Source: Amoeboaphelidium protococcarum X5 (lineage: Eukaryota; Fungi; Aphelidiomycota). Taken from it: DNA of 64,000 nucleotides. Position 1 is the stretch's first letter, and the number at the start of each line of letters is the position of its first letter. The position numbers were made by a program, and so were the translations under genes. The stretch is from contig JALDTO010000275.1 of the NCBI GenBank assembly GCA_023515725.1, positions 21,250-85,249 on the forward strand, in the 5' to 3' direction. Below the pieces are notes generated by a model, which ran no database searches, was not told where the DNA came from, and saw nothing but the letters and a program-made list of their open reading frames with translations. This document shows positions 1 through 11,241 of the stretch, piece by piece.

Positions 1-622
1 GTAGATTTAGATTTAGGACAAGTTTATGAACGAGTCTGTAGTGTAACTGAACGAGTTCTTTAGCGCTGATGCTATGAAGGTTTTATATGAGTAGATACAT
101 AAAGCTGCTCTGTATAAGCCAATTACTTTGGATGTTAGTAGATCAAAGTATCACTTGTTCGATCCACAATCAGCCGCTGGTTAATCTGTAAAATCGATTG
201 AGTAGTATTTTAAGGATGATAGTTTTATTGAAACTCTGTAGAAGCTTTCGGGCTTGTAGATTCTTAAAGACACTGTTAATGTGGAATATAAAGTGTTCTG
301 CATTGAAAACTATTAAATGATTGATAGTAGTAAAATGTCAACTGGGGACTGTCTCGATCTATACTATTTTGTGGATTGCTCTGACAATGAACATCTTTCA
401 GGTGATAGCGAAAACGCTTCTTCCGATAATACAAGCTGTACAGTGGTTTATGTTAGTGGAGAACAAACGTTAGTTCAGTTGTGCCCTCCTAGTAATACGT
501 TAGTTCTTGTGTACAATACGGGTGTCGAGTAGGACTTTGTGAGGCTGATAAAGAATAAGTCATCCGCCGTTGTATTTAAAGCCACTTATGTGTTGTAAGA
601 AGATGACGACGACGAAGAATGA
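1..622 (+). CDS. C-terminal part (5' truncated by window) of a probable OGFOD1/Tpa1 prolyl hydroxylase (Ofd1 C-terminal domain)
   Basis: Frame starting at nt 2 is open to TGA 620-622 with TAR=Gln. Ends ...TVVYVSGEQTLVQLCPPSNTLVLVYNTGVEQDFVRLIKN..., resembling the Ofd1_CTDD pattern LLTVxPxxNSLALVYR..FVK. Confidence 0.55.
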
Positions 623-671
623 TATCTAGTATATAAATGCTAAACGAATCCATAAAAGAGATATAATTTAT

Positions 672-2402
672 TCACATCACTTGGTATTTATGCTTCCATA
701 TCCATCGCATGTACGCGTCAGGAACTTGGTATCCAAGGGAGAAAGCTTTTCTAAAATACTTGGCCGCCATCACCTTGTCCCTCTTGACATCATTCGGAAT
801 TAGATTCTTCATAGACTTATCATGCAGATATCCTTGGGCTAATGTAAAGCAATATGAGGCCTTAGGCATGGTGGAGTGATCAGCTATACATTCCAAGTAA
901 TCCCAGTGGATAGACTTGAGACCATCAGGTAGTCCCGCGGCATCTCTATGAATCAGTAGTTGAAGATCGCTTTCATTAAGCAGATTCTCATTCTGCAATT
1001 CGACCATAGAGCGGTACCAATACTCTAGTGAGATGAGACTGAGAATGTCGTCATTAAGAGCAAGTCGGCGGATATCATTTTCCCATAGCATCCAACTTTA
1101 GTACTACTTTAGCGACACCACAAGAAACTAGGCCAAATCATAAGATCCGCATATACTACAAGCAATCTCTACAAGCAAAAGCGCAATCTAGTTTGAAGAT
1201 TTAACACTGCTCCGTTACCCAGAAATGGAAGACTCGACGTATTCTTGCAAAAACACAGAGTCAGCCTTTCTATGATTCATGAACTCTTCAGATATCTACT
1301 AGGTGATGTCCTTGATATTGAATGTATGATAGTATAGCGATTTGGGATCTCCAAGAACTGATTACAGAGATGAGCCAGTCTCTAACATGATCAACGCCTT
1401 TAGGATTAGTGATCGAGCAACTGGCAGTTTGTGTTGCCTTTAGATCGAAGCAATAGGCGATGACTGTTTAGCATTATCCATTTAAATGCTATTTCTGCTT
1501 GATCCCATCACACCGTACGCCACTACATTATCGGATACTTATGCGACGGGCAGATCACTCACTCCACTTAAATTAAACTGACGCGAGTCTAGCGACAAGG
1601 TTCGCGTCTTACCGCGTCCGTCTACCGATGGATTAGTTACGCTGAATATCGACTCCACCACAGACCATCTTCTTTCCCTATTGACAGACAACGTACGCGT
1701 CAACTCTTTCTTTTAAGAATGATTGAGGCTGCTATCGCCATTAGAAAGCGTAAAAGAGTGACTGTGATGACGACGATGACCAGACTGCTTCTTTATGGAA
1801 TTACTTCTTTTCAGCGACAATGAACTCCCAGCACTGTTCAAGCTGTCATCGGCAGTAGTATCAACAAGACCGAGTACCTGAGAAAGTTTTCGCCTGGACC
1901 TGACATCAATATTATCATTGGTAGATATCAAGCTTTAATCTGCCTTACCAGTGTTATACGGTGAGGATGACTAAACATCTTTAGACACGCTCTACTGCCT
2001 CCAGAGATTTCTAAACTGCTGAGTAATAGTTGTGGACTATCTCGCCCGAATCTTTCCCTGCGGACAATCCTCTTCATGCGGCTGCGACAAGAGCGACATG
2101 AAACTTGATTTTCTCTACTTACGGGCGTCCTTCTTCATATGGGCAAAATAATCATTTCGCAGGTGCTCAAGTGCCAGGGAGACGACTTGGCTCAGAGGGA
2201 GAGTGAAATTCTGCCATTCTTCATTCAGATTGATCTTATAAGGAATCTTATTCTTCTGTGAGCCGCCTCCGTTGTCTTCACCGCTATCAGCAGTTGTGTA
2301 AAATGTGGTTGATTTACTATGATTTATTTTCCGTATAGGCTGCCCATTCGCGCCCATAAATTACTCTCCATCCTCCAAAATTGTGTCAATGTACGTCATC
2401 AT
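672..2402 (-). CDS. SEL1-repeat protein, fungal Dsf2/Nif1-like (576 aa)
   Basis: ORF-track pieces 2115-2357, 1713-1931 and 672-1091 share a frame and join under TAR=Gln. ATG at 2402, TGA at 674-672. C-terminus RDKVMAAKYFRKAFSLGY..WIWKHKY resembles the fungal Dsf2/Nif1 ending. Confidence 0.65.
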
Positions 2403-2815
2403 ATATACACACTATATAATTCTTTTATAAATTTAAATTAATAGACACGAAAAATATTATAAATGGATAATGAATGTGAGAGACAATTGAAGAATCAACA
2501 ACGAAATTCACACGACGCATCATCCCTTGTTTTTGGTGTTCCTTTGGTGTTAAAGTTCGCAATGTTACATGCCACTCGATCACACGACTTTGCACATGAC
2601 GAATCAACGATAAGCCTGCTTGTAGTAAAGAATTTCTTGTTACAGTAAAGCCCAAGTGTAGTCTTTAATTTTGAATTCGTTTAAATGCGGATATAATATT
2701 GTATATTAAAGGATAACGATTTTGGATCTATTGATCGCAAGCTTTAGGTAACACAAAAGTCGACAAGTATCAATGAAAAGCCAATTCATTCAATAAAAGA
2801 TACAATTTCTCACTC

Positions 2816-4295
2816 TCAATTCATTAGCTCCCTTAGCCTGGAGCCAACTTCGTTTATATGAGGCCTATCGGTCGCATCGGCAGCCCACATCTCCTAGATA
2901 AGCGAGGCCAATTTAGGTGGACACTTTCTGTGAGTGGGAAGACTTGGTCGAAAGTTCTACTTGCCCACGCGCTCATATATCTAAAAGTCAGACATTTCAT
3001 TAAACGGGTAATCCTGTGCCCAAGTCATAATTTCCCAGAAAATGAGGCCACAGCTGTACACATCAACCTTCTCATCGTATTGAGGATCATTCTACCACAT
3101 CTCCGGTGCCTGCCAGTTGATAGTCCCTACTACACTATGCATCAACAAACCACGCATATTCTTACCATTGCCATACAAAATCTTGGCAAGTCCGAAATCT
3201 GCAATCTTGGCACGGTGGTTAGAGTCAATCAAAATGTTTATAGATTTGAGATCGCGATGGATCACCACTGGTCTTCTTCCGTGTAGATAACTCAAACCGA
3301 ATGCAATATCATACATCAGCTAAAGCTACCTCTGCAACGCCTCTCCTTGATTATGCGGAAGTTTCTGAGATCTCATATAGTCAGACAAGTCTCCATACTC
3401 ACAAAATTCGGTCACTACGCACAGCTTAGAATAAGGCAAAGCAGGTGATTATTATTTATGACCGCTACGTGGTGTCTACATGATTTTACTGATCCCAATT
3501 AGCCGGACGATATTATCATGTCGCAACTGCTGTAGTAACTACGCCTCTCGTTCAATCTCTTCAAGGTCGGCATTCTTCAACACTTCAACATTGATAATAC
3601 CAACAGCTACATCTTCACCATTTAATACGCCTCTGTAGACATCTTTATAGCCACCTTTAGCCAGGTGATTACCCATTTAGATGGCTTCAAAGGGTATTTC
3701 GCCATTTTCATTCAGCTAAACCGGAGAATTGAATCGACTGCTTGTCGACGCGTCCGCATCAAATACCAGATGACCTGGAGACGAGGACTGTGACTTTTTC
3801 TAAGAGCCAGTCGAATCGGAGGCTGCTTAATACGGTGTCTGAGGTCTCGAGGCTTGAGGAGATAGAAATGAAATCAGAGTGAGATCAGGAATTGATCCAA
3901 TGTACTGCAAAGCTTCTGGCGGTAAAGCAAACTTGCGCCAGTTGAGAAGAGCCTCTACCAAGTCACCTTTCTTGCAATTACCACTGTTTAATCCTCGAGT
4001 CTCACACATAGTAACCAGCCTAGCTTTGGTCATTCTCCCGAGCGTCTGAGCATCCTCTTTATCCAGATACCAGTCATTCAATTTAGTTGCAGGTGATATC
4101 GCCGCAGCTTACGATGATGATGATGATGTAGCTTATTGAACATGCCTCCTCAGTTGTTTCAAACGCGTCGGAGTCGTTTGAATCTAAACGTGTAATTTGC
4201 CTTTATAGTTTTATCGTCTAGTCTTCTACACACACACACACGGATATATAAATGATATCTTGAATCATATTACTACTGTAATTTGCACTTACCAT
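2816..4295 (-). CDS. TKL-group protein kinase with N-terminal SAP-like motif; exons 4293-4295 and 2816-4225 (470 aa)
   Basis: Motifs [45 protein letters not shown]. The ATG is followed directly by a GTAAGT...TGTAG intron (4226-4292) that restores frame. SAP-like segment [33 protein letters not shown]. Confidence 0.88.
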
Positions 4296-4664
4296 TTATC
4301 GCAAGGTGTATTTAGAATTATAAGAAAAGTTGTCTAAAGAGAATGAACTAAATGAAGGATGTGTTTGATTTGAACGAAATTGTATTTTTAGCCTCAATCC
4401 AATTGGATTTCTCAATGAAACGGTAACTTTCAATCATGTATGATGACAAATATGTAGTCAAAAGTTATGGAATTGAGGCGATTTTGTTGAATAACAATTT
4501 AAAGTTATTTAAACGCGTTAATAAACTCTATAACTAGTTTGAAATATAGCCAATAGTTCATCACGAATCTCGTTTGTATTCTCGTCCTCTCATGCTTCTC
4601 CCTTCACATTTCTTGCCACCTTCTTAGAACTTTAAAGCAATAATCATCTTCAATAGTCATAATA

Positions 4665-6026
4665 ATGAGTCTAAAAAACTTGGTGAATAATGTAGTTAAA
4701 ACAGTCTAAAGTGGGGATAGAATCTACATGCATTCAGTAGCCTCATTCCCGTAAATGCTCATGAATGCATTGGCGGATCGTGCCCGCTAAGAGCCAGATT
4801 TGACCAATCTAAAATTTATTCATCTGCACATTGAGGGACAGTTGCCATTTGAAGAAGATGAGCAGCTGCGAAAGTAGGGCGAGAGTGTACATCTATTCGT
4901 TGGACATGGCTCACGTAAGTATGTTAATTAAGGCGTCGGTTCGTACCTTCCCTGCTTCCTCTCTGATATTCCGATGCTGTTTCAGACTCGCACCGTACCG
5001 ATCGACTGGGCATTCCTCAATGTGTCTCCACCTGACAGGCATGGCTATTGCTCTCTTGGTCCAGAGGTTTGTGCCGCGCTCAGTGCCGCTCAAGTTGCGC
5101 GTAAAGGAGTTATAGCTCTGATAAATCCCGCGGTTCCTCGCTGCTTGGGTAATTCGTTCATTCACATGTCCTAGATTACGCATCCGGTAGATTTGCAGCA
5201 GGAATCACTGCCTCTTGCGTGTGTTGAGCATCATGAGCAAAAATCTTCTGATTATGTGCATTAGACTGGAGAAAGTAGTAAGGATGTACAGTCCGTGTAG
5301 TAGAGAATTGGATCTATACTCAGTACTCTGATACCGGACCGGGCTTGTTTGCAGGTAGGAATTGGATCTGTCCCCGATGCTGTGCTATAAGCTTTGGGTG
5401 GACATTAGGATTTGGGTCTTCACTCTGAGATGATTAGTGACGGCGTTATGCAGTTGATGCAAAAAGGTGTTATAACTAATAGGTTCAAATCTATCCAGCC
5501 GGGAAAGTCGGTAACTTCATTCATGCTAGGCAGTTAATCACTATATGATTTTGCGCATGATAATCCAGCCATACACATGGACAGCGCCGCAATGACTAAT
5601 AATCCTAGAATTATTGCATAGAACGATCGTGTCGTGGCGATTAACAGTGCTATCGAAGTTGACATTACAGGCCAGGTGTGCGCCGACAGTATTGGCAAGA
5701 AGTTCATTAGTGGCGTAGGTGGTCAGTTGGATTTTGAACGCGGTGCAGCACTATCTAACGGAGGAATGCCTGTGATATGTCTGCCATCTCTGAAAATCAC
5801 CAAACAAGGCCCCGCATCATCCATAGTGTCCACCCTTCCCGGTGGGAGCGGAGTCACAACTACGCGGTACCACTCTCACTGGATAGTGACTGAGAATGGT
5901 GCCGTGAACCTGTGGGGACTTACGATGCCAGAACGTGCACGTAAACTTATCTTTATCGCACATCAATCAGCTCAAGAGGAGCTGGCTGCTGCTGCATATG
6001 AACGGTACAAATTACTTATTAACTGA
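4665..6026 (+). CDS. Acetyl-CoA hydrolase/CoA-transferase, 4-hydroxybutyrate CoA-transferase/ASCT-1B-like (453 aa)
   Basis: Motifs VSPPDRHGYCSLG, LQVGIGSVPDAV, DLGLHSEMISDG, AINSAIEVDITGQV, ISGVGGQLDF, IVTENG in one frame under TAR=Gln. Confidence 0.92.
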
Positions 6027-6464
6027 CATTGATAATTGCGTTTCTTCAATGTTAAAATTTTACATGGACTGGTTGAATACCTGCCAAAAACACGCCTGTG
6101 ATGTTACAAATCAAATTCCACCACGTTTAGAGTCATGACGGAAGCTAAACATTTCTAACCTTACAATACTTGATAAATCAGAAAACAGTAGTGTCAATTT
6201 CAATGTGTTAAATGGAGTAATAGAAAATTTAGGAAATTGAATTATCTGCGCAAGATTAAAACCATCTGGTAAATTCTGATAGCACTATTGACTCTGTCGA
6301 GATGCCTCAATCTAACAATCAAAATGAGGTACACTTGAAATCGCAGTAGGCAACAACCTTTGCGCGCTGGAGTCTGAGTATTTTCAGTTTAGAATATAAT
6401 ACTGAATTACTAAGTATATTTCTTAGCCAGCCAATTAAGTAAAAAATTCAATTAGTATGCAAAA

Positions 6465-7757
6465 TCACTCTGCAGAGATATCAACATCACTGCGGACTGT
6501 ATAGTAGTCATTCAGATATTAAGTGAGCATTTAGCGGATGCCGTCATTTGAAGTCGCCTCAATGGCTTCCCAAACAATGGCGGGCGGGAATCGGATCAAC
6601 GAGATCAAATTCTGAACATTTGCTTACACTCCATAATAAGATTACCTTAGCAAAGCAGTATTACATTCAATACTTTCTTTAGCTCCGTGTTACTTCAGAA
6701 ATTCAAAGATGGCACTATTACCTCTTTTAGCTGCTTCTATCAAAGCACTGTCCATAGCCTACTGCGACAAACTATCCCGATAAGACTAGATCAAGTAACG
6801 AACCACTGGAAATTATTCACTGGAACCAGACGCATTAATCAAACAGGCGTCACCATGTTGATATAAGTCCAGGCCATACTAAACGAGTATTCGAAATGTC
6901 TAATAATTCGCTTACTGGGCGATCAATGGAGGTGAACATCTGTTAACATTCGCTCCATAACTTAGCAATATTCGGATTATTGGTAGATTACTAGTGTAAC
7001 TAGCTCTACGTAATGCGAACCCATTACCGGTTTCTATTGATGCACCTTGAAGCAGATACTTTTCCATATCCTTAATATTGAAGGAAATCACACTTTCTTC
7101 AAATTACCTATTCAGTTCACTCAATACATTAGCCGCATTTAAAGCACCGCTGGCATCACAGCGCGTTTAAATATCAGAAAACTCCTCTGCAAACTCCTCC
7201 TTTATTCTAATATCCAGTGACAAGATCCATTCTACAGCTTCACTATTGCAAACCATTTACTTGCGCTTCAAAGGAAATCTAAGTACCTTATAGTCAGCGC
7301 CCGGTAGTTGAATGATGGTACGTATTATCATCGCGTTAACATCTTTGCCATTGATGTCAGGCAGACCAGGACGCGTTTAAATTTACCCAAAACCAAACGC
7401 TCTATCAACAGCCAGCATTAGTTTGTAATTCAACAAATTACTTTCATAAGTCTTGCCTACTAAGGATACGATAAACGGACTCTACGCGCTTGCAATTGCA
7501 TACTCCAGCGAATAAAAACCATATCTTTGCAAATTAGGCAAATCATTCACAAGCTCACCAGCACGGACATCAGATACTTTACGTAAGAGGTGACTACTCA
7601 ATCTGGTATTGCGCAGAGTATCAGCATCTAGCCAATTGCCAATGATTTCGAAAGCATCATCAGGTAAGGATCTCGCAGCCTTAGCAGTATTGGACGTGCA
7701 AGCAATCAGAGGCAATACAACTAAAAAGCAACAGTAGCAGCTGAATATAATCCTCAT
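6465..7757 (-). CDS. Putative secreted F-box-like + ankyrin-repeat protein, copy 1 (430 aa)
   Basis: Hydrophobic N-terminus MRIIFSCYCCFLVVLPLIAC; F-box-like SLPDDAFEIIGNWLDADTLRNTRLSSHLLRKVS; ankyrin-like ALRRAS..NLPIIRILLSYGANVN and ALIEAAKRGNSAIFEFLKQHGA; TGA at 6467-6465; paralog at 28473. Confidence 0.75.
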
Positions 7758-8078
7758 TAAAGAATAAGAATCGCAGATAATGAGACCAAAATACGTCAAA
7801 TAAGAGTAAAATATAATTTGATAAAGCTGCAGGAGAAAGCGACTGAGGTATTTAAAAACTCTCACGTTTGACTCCTGAGTGATCACAACCCCTTTCGTAA
7901 ATTACTTCATGTTCTATGTACAGTATAAAAAAAATAAGATCGTGAAAATTGTTCGCAACTATAGAGGGCGGGGCTCGATTTACGTTTTCATTGTCGGCTC
8001 TTGGTTGTACTCGTAATACATTTTATTCTGCTTTAACATCAACATTGCGTCTACTTCCTATCTGTAATATTAAATTTT

Positions 8079-9632
8079 ATGGCACTGCATATCCCCTTCT
8101 TTGGCCGACTGTCAGTGTCTGATTACTAGCGACTGTTCTTCACCTGGACCTTCTTGGTGGTGAATAGTATCATCGAATTAATTCTGTCTGTAATTCCTGT
8201 TTAGCTTGGGAGTAATCTACTATCAAAGTGGTATTAGCGATTGTATAAGCACCTGTTTGGCGAAGTCAAAGACAAGGATTTTGACTCCTTTAAGGCTGCA
8301 AAGTAATAACATCCTATTGCCCTTGCTTAAAGTGTCCCAGAGTTGTGTAATTACTTTGGATATCGCTGCGACGAATTTACCACTCGTACCAGCGATGGAT
8401 TTTATCTTGTGGCGCATCGTATATTCAAGGGAGACAGACGATCTATTAGTGGTAGTCCGGTGCTATTGCAACATGGTTTCATGATGAACTCTGAAGTCTG
8501 GGTATGTCATCCTGAGCACAATCTGGCACTTGCACTTGTCGAGGCTGGTTATGATGTCTGGCTGGGAAATGTGCGCGGTAACAAATATTCATGTAAGCAT
8601 TTCCGCCTGAATACCACAGATATCAAGTATTGGGATTTCTCATTGGATGAACATGCGTTGATTGATCTACCTGCCACAGTTGATCTGGTGCTCTCTGTTA
8701 CTGGCAGATCTAGTCTGTCTTACATTGGATTCTCTCAAGGTACCACTATATGTTTTGCTGCTCTGAGTTCACTACCGTAGTTTAGAAGTAAAATCAATTT
8801 ATTCATCGCCTTGGCACCTTCGATGACTCCGCATGGATTGACAAATAAGTTTGTATAATCTGCTGCGAGATCTTCTCCAGAGTTGATCTACCTGCTGTTT
8901 GGAAGGCGTTCTCTACTTTCGTCTGCTCTTATGTACTCTTAATTATGTCCACCTGCGATGCTTAGATTCCTGGTAGATACTGCTTGCAACATTTTGTTTG
9001 CGTGGAACTTTATCTCGATGAGTAATGCCACCAAGGAGGTTGTTTATACAAAGATTTATAGCCTATGCAGTGTCAAGTTGATGGTGCATTGGTTCTAATT
9101 GATTGGTAATAGCAAATTTTAGATGTATGATGATCTTGGGGCTTCCAACATGTACAAGTAGAACACTGATAGTGGTAAAGATGGAAAGACTGGTAATTCT
9201 GCTAATGGATACAATTTGAATGGTGTCTCCGTTCCTCAATATCCCACAAAGTAGATCCAAGACGTTCCAATTGCTGTATTTTATGGTGGCATTGACTCTC
9301 TATTAAATATGCGCGGTCTATTGGAAGGTTTAAATGCTGGCAATATTCATGCTCCTGTGTACAGAGATAACACTGCCAAAAATGTTACAGTGAATGGAAA
9401 TGCTTTGAATACCGTGGATGAACAGAGTCACGTTATATTTGACTCTTCAACTGGCAAGAAATTGCTGGACAAAGATTCTCCACTTGTCTATTTGAAGTGT
9501 ATCCACCACTATGAACATTTATGCTTCCTCTGGGCTGATGATCTCGCTTAGAACGTGTCTCCAGATGTAATGAAGCTCCTAAAGAAGTACAACTAAACGT
9601 CTGATAATGTTGAAACATTGCCAGGTAATTGA
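8079..9632 (+). CDS. Acid lipase/sterol esterase, fungal Tgl1/Yeh-like (517 aa)
   Basis: Motifs TSDGFYL, PVLLQHG, GYDVWLGNVRGNKYS, YWDFSLDE, GFSQG nucleophile, YEHLCFLW; N-terminal hydrophobic segment. Confidence 0.92.
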
Positions 9633-10070
9633 AATTATTATTCGATCGATGAAAATTTTGCCTCTCCGTACTGATTGTCTATACCTTTATTCGCTTAACT
9701 TTGTGTATATTTGAGTAGAACAATACCTTTCTTATTCGATTTAAGGACAGCTCGCCAAGTGTAGATGATGATCATTTTTAAGAACGAGTTTCCTGAACCA
9801 CATTCCAACCTTTGCTTCAATTCACTCTTACACTCCGAAATGAGGCGTAAATGGGAACCATAGCAACTCAGTTTCGAGAAATAGCATTTAATGGTGGTGC
9901 AATCATGAGGATGCTTAAAAATATCTCGGCCAAATGGCTCCATTTGGGCCCCATTTGCACTCCTCAACTTTACTCCTTGAAACAACAACTCTAACTATAA
10001 TACCGCGTATATATCGCTACTAATCCAGAGTAAACTAATAATAACTTTGAAAGCTAAACCAATTACCAGT

Positions 10071-10898
10071 ATGATTGCATTACGTATCAAGTCTGCCATT
10101 AAGCGCGTAACCAAGTTTGCCAAGCGCGTGTTTGGCTCGAAGAAGGCTCAAGTTGCTAAGCAAGAGCAGCCGTCTTTTGAAGATATCATGTCTGTTGTTC
10201 TGAACCGTCCGTCTCTTTCTCCATCTTATGCTGCCAAGTCTCCAGTGATGATGGTGAAGCAAGATTCTTTGTTGAAGTCTGAAGTTCAAGGTCCAAGAAG
10301 AATGCCTGTATTTAAGAGTGCCTCTGTTTCAAGCCCTGCTGTGTCCTACCCTTCTGACAATCTGGTGAGTCCGACTGTTGCTCTAATTGCAGAGTATCCT
10401 ACTCCGTCTGCTTCAGTTATCTCTGCAGATGAAGTGTCTGATGTGATGTAGGTCTCTGGCTCTGCTAATCAGTTTGAGTCCACTCAGTCTCGCCGCTCCA
10501 GTCTTGAGCATGAAGTCAAGGAGGCTGATGCGAAGAAGGCTAAAAATAGCCCAACTGAAGCACCTGCTGTAGTTGATGTGACTGAGCAGCGTAAGAAGGA
10601 GATAGATGAAGCCATCAAAGAGGTGGCTGCTGTTGGAGCTAGTCAAGATATCTAGCAGGAAATTGAACTTGCTTTCCAAAGATTGAAGAAGACAATAGAA
10701 GAGGTTGAGAAGAATTAGGCCTTAAGAGTGGCAAAGCGCGTCAAGAGGGGCCAGCACATTAACTTTATCGATGGTATTGAGAAAGCTAAAGTTATGTCTA
10801 TTGAAGAGTATAATGCTACTCGTCGTATTTAGTAGTAGAAGTAGTGCGCATTATGTAATTGTAAGTAGTAGTTGAATTAAGTATTGACTAGTAATTGA
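10071..10898 (+). CDS. Hypothetical protein (about 275 aa): basic N-terminus, S/P-rich middle, coiled-coil; 3' end uncertain
   Basis: Open under TAR=Gln from ATG 10071 to TGA 10896-10898. A GTAAGT at 10861 could shift the end. Confidence 0.6.
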
Positions 10899-11241
10899 GC
10901 ATGGAGATTATGGCTTTTATGATAGCCTATCCAGTTGCACTTGTACAAATTGTTGAAATTGAAGATAATGATGAGATTTAAAGTTTGAATAGATGATATG
11001 AGTTAAGCTTTTAGTTTTAATTTTAACTCTTTTAGCATTTAACATTGACAAAGCGTTTGAGGTGATGAACAGTTTGGAATATTCAATGGAGAAATTTAAA
11101 AAAGCTTGAACTAATAATATTATAATCTATTAGTAGTTTCATTTATATAGTAATAATGCAGAATAAAAAATCGACAGACGACTTAAAGTTGTCCAACGCA
11201 AAAACTTCTGCACATACTACTGATAAAACAACAGGATGATC

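Noticed and set aside
6027-7900. Transposon-mediated mobility of the F-box-ankyrin copies
   Set aside because: No terminal inverted repeats, LTRs, target-site duplications or shared flanks were seen around either copy.
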